Assembly (NCBI GenBank): GCA_002499005.1 | Contig: DAJU01000005.1 | Coordinates: 20,540 to 84,539, forward strand | DNA length: 64,000 nt | Direction: 5' to 3' | DNA from: Thaumarchaeota archaeon UBA164 | Lineage (GTDB): Archaea; Thermoproteota; Nitrososphaeria; Conexivisphaerales; UBA164 | Shown: positions 26,670 through 34,893 of the stretch, one piece after another | Numbering within the stretch: the stretch's first letter is position 1 | Layout of the letters: each line of letters starts with the position of its first letter | Program-made: the position numbers and the translations under genes | Notes under the pieces: generated by a model | What the model saw: only the letters and a program-made list of their open reading frames with translations | The model's database searches: none | What the model was told of the DNA's origin: nothing

Positions 26670-27432
26670 GATTTCTTCATACGTGCTGACGGCGCTAGTG
26701 CTTTTCCCAATGGCCTTACTAATTTTCATGGCAGGGCCTCGGGGATTATACAGCGCGTTCTCCAGCATATCTTTTCGCACGTCCCTTGAACTGACGCTAT
26801 TTGCATCAGCCGCAGCAGTGGCGATAGACTTTGCTTTAGGGACACCGGTAGCATATGGGCTTGCAAGGGGCATAATAAAAGGCGGCGGGGCTGTTTACGA
26901 CGTGCTTCTTGCGCCAGTTTCAATTCCGCACACCGTAGTGGGAATAATGCTGCTTCTTGCGTTTTCTCCTCCTTCACCAATATACGGGGTTGCTCCTTGG
27001 CTGAGCCCCATAGGGACGCTCTGGGGGTTGATTCTTGCGCTTTCCTATGTCTCAATGCCAATATACATAATGTCCCTGAGGGAACACTTCGAAATGATTG
27101 ACCGCGAGTCAGAAATGTACATCCTCAGCATGGGTGTTCCTCATTCAGTGGTTCTAAGAAGCGTAGTGCTCAGAGGGTCTTTTGGCCCAATACTGAGAGT
27201 TTCGCTGCTAAGCATGGGCAGGGCAATAAGCGAATTCGGTTCAGTGGTTATATTGACTTACTCTGTTCTCGCGGCACCTCTGTTTTATTACACCATGCCA
27301 TCCACAGTTTTTATCTGGTACAATTATGAAGTTTCAGGGCTTTATGCAGCGGTAAGCTACGCGGCCGCGCTGCTTTTGGTAACCCTTTTATTGAGCGTTT
27401 CAGCATACGCAATAAGCAGGATTGAGCATTGA
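26644..27432 (+). CDS. ABC transporter permease (MetI-like fold)
   Basis: 262 aa, 6 TM. EAA-like loop ILSMGVPHSVVLRSVVLRG. Overlaps both neighbouring genes. Confidence 0.8.
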   Translation: MHMEDLSIKISSYVLTALVLFPMALLIFMAGPRGLYSAFSSISFRTSLELTLFASAAAVAIDFALGTPVAYGLARGIIKGGGAVYDVLLAPVSIPHTVVGIMLLLAFSPPSPIYGVAPWLSPIGTLWGLILALSYVSMPIYIMSLREHFEMIDRESEMYILSMGVPHSVVLRSVVLRGSFGPILRVSLLSMGRAISEFGSVVILTYSVLAAPLFYYTMPSTVFIWYNYEVSGLYAAVSYAAALLLVTLLLSVSAYAISRIEH

Positions 27433-28000
27433 GCTTAGGTCATTTAAGGCCTTCAGAGGAGGCTTTACAGCAGGGCCTGTGAACGGAATGGCTGCTCCTT
27501 CGAGGCCACTTGTATTTTATGGCCCAAATGGAACAGGCAAGACAACGCTCCTGCTCGCAATTGCTGGATTCCTGAGCTCCGAAGGAGCCGTGATTATTAA
27601 TGGCGAGGACGTTAGCGGGCTTCCCTACGGCAAACGAGGCGTAGCTTATGTGCCAGCCAGACCTGCGATGCCAGGCTGGATGCGCGTTAACGAGATCTCG
27701 TCGCTTGCTGGCGCAAACGGCGCCGTTGAGGCGCTCAAGGCCCTTGGCCTTGGACATGTCTGGAACGAAAGGGCTGGCAAGTTAAGCTTTGGGCAGGCGA
27801 AGGCAGCTCAAGCGGCGCTGGCGCTTTTTGGTCGCTCGGCAGCTGTGCTCCTGGATGAGCCGTTTACAGGCCTTTCTGATGCCCTTGCTTCATCCCTTTG
27901 GGAAGCAATTCTAGCTTCCCCAAAGCCTGTAATAATAACGCTTAACGTAATACCGGGATGGATTCAGTTAAGCAACGTTGTGAGCCTTAACCCAAGGTGA
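27422..28000 (+). CDS. short ABC transporter ATP-binding protein with an atypical signature motif
   Basis: Walker A GPNGTGKTT and Walker B VLLDEP. The signature reads LSFGQ instead of LSGGQ. Only 192 aa, with no C-terminal regulatory domain. Confidence 0.75.
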   Translation: MSIELRSFKAFRGGFTAGPVNGMAAPSRPLVFYGPNGTGKTTLLLAIAGFLSSEGAVIINGEDVSGLPYGKRGVAYVPARPAMPGWMRVNEISSLAGANGAVEALKALGLGHVWNERAGKLSFGQAKAAQAALALFGRSAAVLLDEPFTGLSDALASSLWEAILASPKPVIITLNVIPGWIQLSNVVSLNPR

Positions 28001-28103
28001 TAACCAAGCAGAACCTCACCCTTTTAGGACGGGGAGTGGGTCAGTTATATTAAAATCGTATATATAAGGCAATACTTAAAAATCAATAATTTAAGCCCCG
28101 CGC

Positions 28104-29357
28104 ATGGGCTATTCACAGGCCGTCGAAAGGGCAAAGGTTTCAGGAGTTCACGTAGCAACCTTCGTATCGGTTGCGATGGGGTTCTTCATATGGGGGATGC
28201 TTTCCACGCTTTCGCCAATAAGCACCGTTTTTTCAGGCCTTGTTCCAAAGGACATGTATGTGGCGTCACTGGCTATTCCACCGCTGTTTGCCCTTCTGGG
28301 GAACTTTGTGATAGGCCATGTAGCAGATAGCCGTGGCAGAAAGCTTTCTTTTATGCTTACCATGGCAAGCTATGCAGTTGGCGTGGCAGTTTTTCTGTTT
28401 TCATTTAACCTTGTTTCACTTCTTATAGCACTGTTCTTAACGCAGTTTGGAGTTGGCGGTGAAGAGCCCCCCCTGCTTGCGCTTTTATCTGAAAATATGC
28501 CAGTTAAGATACGTGATGTCGTGCTTGCCATAATGCCAAACTTTGCCAACGTTGGCGCGGCAATCGCCGCGTGGCTTGAAATAGCAACATCTTATTCGTT
28601 TGAAGCGTCAAAGGAGGTAATAGGGATAACGATAACGGTTGTGATAGCAATACTTGTCATAGCAAGGCTCATGATGCCTGAATCGGTTAGATGGCTAGAG
28701 ATCAAGGGTAAGGTAAATGAGGCTGAAAAGGAAGCAAGCAGGTTCAAGCAGGGCAACGTGTCGGTTGAACCAGCAACTCCAACCGCTTCTGTTTGGTTCA
28801 GGTTTCTGTTTCTGGCCCTTATAGGCCTTTCACAGTTTTTAACCTTTGGGCTTATGGCATACACTATAGGCCCCATCGAGTTCCCGTCGCTTACAAGCTA
28901 CATACTGCTTGATGCCAACATAGGCGCCGCAGTGGCTGGAATCATAGGCGCGTATCTGGTTAACAGAATATCAAGGAAGGCGTATTCAGTTATGTCATTT
29001 GCAGGCGGCTTGGCCACGATTTTCCTTATAATGGCCTTTGGCCTTGGCGGTGGGCTTTTAATATTTTACGTGCTTCTCTTCTTGAATATGGCGTTCAGCG
29101 AACTTGCCTGGGTTGCTAGAACTGTTCTTGAGCCTGAGCTGTTTCCAACAGGAAAAAGGGCAACTCTTATTTCCCTTATAAGGGTTCTTTGCTATGGCAG
29201 CTATTCAGCTTCAATATTTTTAACTATAAGCTGGGGCGTTTATCAATACTTGCTGTTCAACGTTGCGCTATGGGCTGTTGGCTTTGCTGGGGCTGTTTCA
29301 TGGTTTGTAAAAGGGTTTGAAACCCGTGGAAGGAGCCTTATCCCGCTTGACTCTTAG
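28104..29357 (+). CDS. MFS transporter (paralog of 1902..3203)
   Basis: 417 aa, 12 TM. GHVADSRGRKLS loop and ESVRWLEIKG central loop. Confidence 0.85.
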   Translation: MGYSQAVERAKVSGVHVATFVSVAMGFFIWGMLSTLSPISTVFSGLVPKDMYVASLAIPPLFALLGNFVIGHVADSRGRKLSFMLTMASYAVGVAVFLFSFNLVSLLIALFLTQFGVGGEEPPLLALLSENMPVKIRDVVLAIMPNFANVGAAIAAWLEIATSYSFEASKEVIGITITVVIAILVIARLMMPESVRWLEIKGKVNEAEKEASRFKQGNVSVEPATPTASVWFRFLFLALIGLSQFLTFGLMAYTIGPIEFPSLTSYILLDANIGAAVAGIIGAYLVNRISRKAYSVMSFAGGLATIFLIMAFGLGGGLLIFYVLLFLNMAFSELAWVARTVLEPELFPTGKRATLISLIRVLCYGSYSASIFLTISWGVYQYLLFNVALWAVGFAGAVSWFVKGFETRGRSLIPLDS

Positions 29358-29378
29358 CTCCTGTTCACTAATAAGCTC

Positions 29379-29828
29379 TCACTTGTTGATGCCCGTGCAC
29401 CTTATGCCTAATGCTTTAACCCTTTCAGGCCAGCAATCGTCAAGCGCAAACAAGTGCGATGGCCCCTTGGTATCGGTGTTACCAAACTCTGGGGCAGCTT
29501 GCGGAAATTTATTGGCAATCAGAAAAGCAAGCGCAAGCTCGTCAAGTTCCAAACTCCAGCATGCGCCAACTCGTCTGCCAGCAAGGATAAGCCCATCAAC
29601 GTGCCATCTTTTTCTTAAAACGTGCCTGCATACCCTCCCCCTTATCCCGCCAGTCCCCCTGGCGCTTCCAACGTATCCATAAACCCCTGCGTCAAGACTT
29701 ACAGCGCTTCTCCCATAACTTATAGTTATCTCACTATCCAGCCTAATAATAAGCATGTACGAGCCCTTGCTGGGCGTTACTTCTTTGCACCACGCTGCTT
29801 CCCCCGAGCAACCAGTGTTCAACGGCAT
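29379..29828 (-). CDS. GIY-YIG superfamily protein of the DUF123 (Uri-like endonuclease) type
   Basis: GVYGYVGSARGTGGIRGRVCRHVLRKRWHVDGL fits the DUF123 pattern G-x-Y-x-Y-V-G-S-A ... R-H ... H-W-H-I-D-Y-L. Confidence 0.7.
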   Translation of the reverse strand: MPLNTGCSGEAAWCKEVTPSKGSYMLIIRLDSEITISYGRSAVSLDAGVYGYVGSARGTGGIRGRVCRHVLRKRWHVDGLILAGRRVGACWSLELDELALAFLIANKFPQAAPEFGNTDTKGPSHLFALDDCWPERVKALGIRCTGINK

Positions 29829-29885
29829 TATGATCTTTAAATCTGGTTAATAGTTTAAATTAATTTTAACGCAATCAAAAACTAT

Positions 29886-29901
29886 TCACTACATTTAGTG
29901 A
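29886..29901. promoter_or_regulatory. inverted repeat TCACTA-N4-TAGTGA upstream of the fbp promoter (candidate operator)
   Basis: Read directly from the sequence. It lies about 25-40 nt upstream of the TATA-like TTATTTAA (29927..29934), which itself precedes the fbp ATG at 29956. Confidence 0.3.
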
Positions 29902-29955
29902 TTGTTGCAACTAAGTGCGAAACGCTTATTTAACTTATGCTTTTAATTAAACACG

Positions 29956-31083
29956 ATGAAGGTTACCGTTTCTGATATAAAGGCAGATGTTGGATCGCTG
30001 GCCGGTCATGTCAAGCCACATATAAGGCAGATCAAGGCCGCAGAAAGGGTGCTCGAAGAAGGGGTAAAGTCTGGGACAATTTATGATTATCAGGTTTCAA
30101 GGGTTGGGGACGACATACACCTGGTAATGCTACATGGCTCAGGCGAGGAGGCAAGCGAGGTTCACAGGCTAGCGTGGGATGCCTTCAGGGCGGCCACTGA
30201 GGAGGCCAAGAAGCTCGGGCTTTATGCAGCAGGTCAAGATCTGCTAAAGGATGCTTTCAGCGGTAACGTGAAGGGTATGGGGCCTGGCGTTGCGGAGATG
30301 GAGTTTGAGGAAAGAAGGGCTGAGCCGGTGGTAATATTCATGGCTGACAAGACAAGCCCTTCAGCCTTTAACCTGCCGTTAGTCAGAATTTACGCAGATC
30401 CGTTCTATACTTCAGGACTTGTTATAGATGAAAGGATGCACAGCGGTTTTTACATTGATGTGCTGGATCAGAAGGAGGGAGAGGTTTACAGATTTAACCT
30501 GCCTGAGGAGCTCTACGACATGCTGGCGCTTGTGGGGGACGTTGTAAGGTTTTCAATAAAGAGGGTTGTTAGCAAAGATGAATCAATAGGCACTGCGGCT
30601 GTTGTAAGCGCTGAAAGGCTAAGCCATATAGCTGGCAAGTACGTAGGAAAGGACGATCCAGTTGCCATAGCAAGGGGACAATCAGGGTTGCCTGCGGTTG
30701 GTGAGCTGTTACAGCCATTTATGTTTCCTCATCTTGTTCCTGGATGGATGAGGGGCTCGCATGTTGGGCCGCTTTATCCATGTTCTGTAAATGACTCAAA
30801 TCCAACGTTCTTTGATGGCCCACCGCGTGTGGTCGCAATCGGCATGATGGTTAAGGACAAATCATTTGTAGGTGAAGAGGAAAATCCAGCCCCAGGGCAT
30901 CATGTGCCAGTTGATTACTTTGCAGGAAAGGAGTTTGACTATGCAAGAAACCTTGCAATGCAGATTGCCGTTTACATGAGGTCTCACGGGCCAATAATGT
31001 TTGAGCGCCTTCCTGAAGAGGAAATGGAATACACAACGCTTAAATCCGTTCTGGAAAGAGTTCTTAAGGGGAAAAGGCGTTGA
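29956..31083 (+). CDS. fbp: bifunctional fructose-1,6-bisphosphate aldolase/phosphatase (class V FBPase)
   Basis: MKVTVSDIKADVGSLAGH...GDDIHLVMLHG...GNVKGMGPGVAEMEF...DPVAIARGQSG... is the highly conserved archaeal FBP A/P sequence. 375 aa. Confidence 0.95.
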   Translation: MKVTVSDIKADVGSLAGHVKPHIRQIKAAERVLEEGVKSGTIYDYQVSRVGDDIHLVMLHGSGEEASEVHRLAWDAFRAATEEAKKLGLYAAGQDLLKDAFSGNVKGMGPGVAEMEFEERRAEPVVIFMADKTSPSAFNLPLVRIYADPFYTSGLVIDERMHSGFYIDVLDQKEGEVYRFNLPEELYDMLALVGDVVRFSIKRVVSKDESIGTAAVVSAERLSHIAGKYVGKDDPVAIARGQSGLPAVGELLQPFMFPHLVPGWMRGSHVGPLYPCSVNDSNPTFFDGPPRVVAIGMMVKDKSFVGEEENPAPGHHVPVDYFAGKEFDYARNLAMQIAVYMRSHGPIMFERLPEEEMEYTTLKSVLERVLKGKRR

Positions 31084-31409
31084 ACGGGTACCGCTGTAAG
31101 GCCTGTGGAAAAACCTATGCGTATAAAAGGCTAAGATGTGCCAGGTGCGGCGGAAGTGACTTTGAGGAGTACGAACTTACTGGAGGAACGCTTATAACTT
31201 ATACTGTTCTCTGGGCAACGCCAAAAGGCATCGAGAGGAGCCCTCTTGTACTTGGGATTGTAAAGTTCGATGACGGCACAATGGCTTTGGGCCAAATAAG
31301 GGAGTACAGGGAGCTTAAAGCCGGGATTAAAGTAAGGCCAGAGCAGGGCATCCTAAGGGAATCAGGAGGACAACCGCTTTACGGCTATTATTTTGTTGAA
31401 ACAGCCTGA
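31080..31409 (+). CDS. DUF35-type zinc-ribbon plus OB-fold protein
   Basis: CKACGKTYAYKRLRCARCG zinc ribbon followed by an OB-fold-like G.L.TYTV...P.VLGIVKFDDG. The TTG start overlaps the fbp stop. Confidence 0.75.
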   Translation: MNGYRCKACGKTYAYKRLRCARCGGSDFEEYELTGGTLITYTVLWATPKGIERSPLVLGIVKFDDGTMALGQIREYRELKAGIKVRPEQGILRESGGQPLYGYYFVETA

Positions 31410-31591
31410 CATAGCAGGCCTAATCTCTTTAAGGCTAACTGATGTTTGCAAAGCGCGAATAGGGCGATAACGGGCTTGAGTAAAATGGTAACGCCCCAGG
31501 CCTAGAGGCCTCGCCCTTATGAAGGGAAGAAGGTCTGGCTAAGAAACGCCATTAAAAATGGATAAATCTGGCCGTTATCATTATCAACTTT

Positions 31592-31996
31592 ATGATATAC
31601 AAGGAGATTGCGATAAATACGCAAAGCAGAAGGGAAATAATAGATATAACAGAATCAGTTGAAAGGCTAGTCAATGATCTGTCGTTCGGCGACGGGCTCA
31701 TTGACCTTTTTGTTCCGCATGCCACAGCGGCGCTTGTGCTAAACGAGGGGGAAAGGGGCCTTATTCAGGATTTCCTTTCAATGTTTGAAAGGCTGGTCCC
31801 TGAGCATGGGAAGTACATGCACAACTCCATTGATAACAATGCCGATGCGCACCTTATTTCATCGCTTCTTTGCAAGTCACTGGTTATCCCAGTTGCTAAA
31901 GGCAGGCTCGAGCTCGGAACATGGGAACGGGTACTTTTTGTTGAGCTGGATGGACCTAGAGCCAGGAAGGTCAGGGCTTATTTTGTAAATGGCTAA
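31592..31996 (+). CDS. YjbQ/UPF0047 family protein (secondary thiamine-phosphate synthase-like)
   Basis: 134 aa. IDITESV...GLIDLFVPHATAALVLNE...D......H..IDNNADAHL is the family pattern. Confidence 0.85.
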   Translation: MIYKEIAINTQSRREIIDITESVERLVNDLSFGDGLIDLFVPHATAALVLNEGERGLIQDFLSMFERLVPEHGKYMHNSIDNNADAHLISSLLCKSLVIPVAKGRLELGTWERVLFVELDGPRARKVRAYFVNG

Positions 31997-32982
31997 GCTA
32001 GCAAGGGCTTTATCCTTTCAATTACTGATTCGGCTATTTCATAAAACCTTTCTCTTGGCACGTTAATCTTGAGAGAAGCGCCTGACGCTTCTTCGTGCCC
32101 TCCTCCGCCAAAGACCTGAGCAAGCGGAACAAGGTTTATTGTTGAGCCCCTTGCCCTCCTGAAGCTCATCGCCCCGTTATCCTTTATAATTATATATATA
32201 TCTGCGTCTACAGCCTTTTGCACGGCATCAGCCGCGATTGTTCCAGATATTATTGATCTGGCATATGAAATTGCCACGTCTACGCCGTCTACGCTAAATG
32301 TCTTTGCCATAGCCAGCGTCTCCTTCACCGCTTCATCCTTTAACCTTTCATAATAATTTACGACAGCCAGCATGTCGTCTGTGGGCAGCTTGTTCGGATC
32401 AGCAGTTGCTAAAATTAAGGGCAGCGACCTGAGCCTTGGCTTTTCCCTTATGTCCTTTTCCAGGTAGTTCAAGTAATCTATGAGCTCGACAAGCTTAAAG
32501 ACCTTTTCATCCCTTATATTCCATGTATCGGATTGCATCGCAAATTCAACGAGCGCATCGTCTATCCCAAGCTTTTTGCTTACTAGAAGTGCAGCTGCAG
32601 GGGCGCTCTTATCTATGTAAAGGTCAACTCCGGCATCGTTCAGCAGCTTTGCCTCTTCAGGCCTATAAAGGTGATGATCTATCCACAGCACTTTTCCCCT
32701 TATCTTTTTTATCCTTTCAGCTATCAGGCCTATCTTTGGCTGTGAAATAGATATGTCACTTATATAGACGTCGCAGTTGCATCCAAGAATTTCCGACGGT
32801 ATAACTTCTTCTTCATCATCATAATCTTTCAGGTAAATAAGCAAAGGCCGATTGAGCCTTTTTGCCATAAGCGCGGCGCTTACCATGCCGTCGAGGTCAG
32901 CCCTGTGGGAAATTATTACGTTAAACCCCATCACGAAGCCTTTCCGCATTTTTCCTATTAAAGCCTTGTGCTCGCTTTGCAT
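31993..32982 (-). CDS. DHH/DHHA1 family phosphoesterase (NrnA/RecJ-like)
   Basis: SHRADLDGMVSAAL (DHH motif I/II region), DHH (IDHHLY) and the DHHA1 motif GGGHEEASGA. Confidence 0.8.
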   Translation of the reverse strand: MQSEHKALIGKMRKGFVMGFNVIISHRADLDGMVSAALMAKRLNRPLLIYLKDYDDEEEVIPSEILGCNCDVYISDISISQPKIGLIAERIKKIRGKVLWIDHHLYRPEEAKLLNDAGVDLYIDKSAPAAALLVSKKLGIDDALVEFAMQSDTWNIRDEKVFKLVELIDYLNYLEKDIREKPRLRSLPLILATADPNKLPTDDMLAVVNYYERLKDEAVKETLAMAKTFSVDGVDVAISYARSIISGTIAADAVQKAVDADIYIIIKDNGAMSFRRARGSTINLVPLAQVFGGGGHEEASGASLKINVPRERFYEIAESVIERIKPLLA

Positions 32983-33204
32983 TTTACGGCCCCAAGGGCA
33001 AAGGACATGAGGCGGCGAACGCCGCTGTCAAGTCGACAATTATGGCCAGCACATGCTAGTTCAGCATTTGATTTGAAGATGGCCAGTGCATAATCGATGT
33101 GCTCGCCTTAAGGCTGCGAATTGCGCATGACCAGTCACCGCTTCCTTACATGAAGCAGAATCAGAAAACCTATAAGCACAGAGTTGGTTAAAAAGCTTTA
33201 TTCA

Positions 33205-34887
33205 CTAAGATGCCCTGGTAATCTGAGAAGCCGCGCTTATCGCTTTGCGGCCGTTCAGGCCATATTCCTTTACCTTTTCAACGTCAAGGCCCGCCTTTTT
33301 GCATATGCTTTCTATGTACTTCATAACAATCCATCCGCCAAGCCTTATTAACGTGGAGGCGCCAAGCCTTGCAATTAAGTTTCCCGACCCTTCAGAATAG
33401 GCGTCCCTCGCGGCCATCTTGGCCAGATGCCGGTACGAGGCGTAGTAAACTGCAAGCTGGGACTTGGAGAGCTTTAGCAGCGAAAACTTCTTGGACTTGA
33501 TAAGCCCGAGGGGCACGTTCTGCATTGGAGTTACAGTAAATTCAAAAGGCCTGCCGTTTACTTCCGATGCGCTTAGCCTGTTTATAAGCGCGACCGTTTC
33601 CCAGTTGTCTTCATCAGTTTCACCCATCTGTCCAACCTGAACGGTGAACGCGGGTCTCCAGTAATGCATGTTCATGTTGTATACGCCTCTCCACACTATT
33701 TCTTGCCAGCTACCATCAGGCCCTACCTTTAACGGCAGGGTCTTGTTTGGCATGTGAAGCCTTGCCAGCCTTTCGCTTCCAGTTTCAAGCCCTACCTGAA
33801 CGCCTATCCAGTTATCGGGCCCGGCCTTCATTATTCTTGCCAGCTCGCCTATAAGCTCTGGGTATCCAGCAGGTATTGAAATTCTGCCATGAGTCGGATT
33901 TGTATGGGCAACACCCTTAATTGACATGACATAGCTGAAGAGATCTATCAAAGCCTCCCTGTTCGGCTCGAACCTTTTTCCATGCATGTAGGCGAATATT
34001 TCATCTGAATGAAGCCATGCATGATCGCCGCCCCCCTTCACGTTAACCTCAACTTCTCTCTTTATCTTGTCAAGAGGGTAATACCTGAGAGGTCTCAACG
34101 TAACCTCGCAGAAGTCGCATCCAACCCCGCATCCCCGCATCACCTCTACTAGGTCCTTCATGGAAGGCCTTACTATGTCTGGTATGTCGTCCAGGGCAGG
34201 ATACATTCTGGTTCCAATCCTTCTCGTGATAAACCTCTCGTGTTTGGTTTCAATTCTTGCGAACTCATCGTTATAAGTAACGTATCCATGCGTGAAAGTA
34301 TTTTCGTCAAGCGAGCCATCAGCTACCTGCTCAAACAGATCAGGCGCTATATCGTCTATTTCGCCCTGGACAGCATAGTCTATTCCAAACCTGTCAAGCT
34401 CATCCGGTGCAACAGTGAACTCCCACACGCCAGGCCCACCTACTATAAGCTTTGCCTTCCTGCCACGCCTAGCGGCGTTTACCCTGTTAAGCAGTTCCTC
34501 CCATTCCCTTCTTACCCATGCGTATCCATCATAACCAAAAAGGGCTGCATATGACATGGTCAATGGACCAAATCCAAGAGGATCCATTGTTGAAATTCCT
34601 ATGACCTCCGTGTCATCACCTATGAACTTTTCTAGCTGGCCTAAGTAAGGGACGGCAACCTCCTCCCTTCTGTATGACCTGAGCAAAGAGGCTTCAATCT
34701 TCCTTATGGCATATGGGCTTCTTTTAACTTCTCCGTTGTCCATCGGCGCAGCTTCATTGCCTCTTAAGAACCTGTATACAGGTCCTGGGACTGAAGACGA
34801 TGGCGCGCATGGCAAAAAGTCAAGCAACGGAAAGTTATGGTAGTTGTACATTAAGGTCATGTCGGATATAAGGACAATCCTGGCCAC
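33205..34887 (-). CDS. radical SAM enzyme with an N-terminal B12-binding-like domain (560 aa)
   Basis: C-x3-C-x2-C cluster motif MRGCGVGCDFCEV. Rossmann-like N-terminal domain (RIVLISD...VIGISTMDP...LIVGGPG). Few other cysteines. Confidence 0.8.
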   Translation of the reverse strand: MARIVLISDMTLMYNYHNFPLLDFLPCAPSSSVPGPVYRFLRGNEAAPMDNGEVKRSPYAIRKIEASLLRSYRREEVAVPYLGQLEKFIGDDTEVIGISTMDPLGFGPLTMSYAALFGYDGYAWVRREWEELLNRVNAARRGRKAKLIVGGPGVWEFTVAPDELDRFGIDYAVQGEIDDIAPDLFEQVADGSLDENTFTHGYVTYNDEFARIETKHERFITRRIGTRMYPALDDIPDIVRPSMKDLVEVMRGCGVGCDFCEVTLRPLRYYPLDKIKREVEVNVKGGGDHAWLHSDEIFAYMHGKRFEPNREALIDLFSYVMSIKGVAHTNPTHGRISIPAGYPELIGELARIMKAGPDNWIGVQVGLETGSERLARLHMPNKTLPLKVGPDGSWQEIVWRGVYNMNMHYWRPAFTVQVGQMGETDEDNWETVALINRLSASEVNGRPFEFTVTPMQNVPLGLIKSKKFSLLKLSKSQLAVYYASYRHLAKMAARDAYSEGSGNLIARLGASTLIRLGGWIVMKYIESICKKAGLDVEKVKEYGLNGRKAISAASQITRAS

Positions 34888-34893
34888 TTATGA

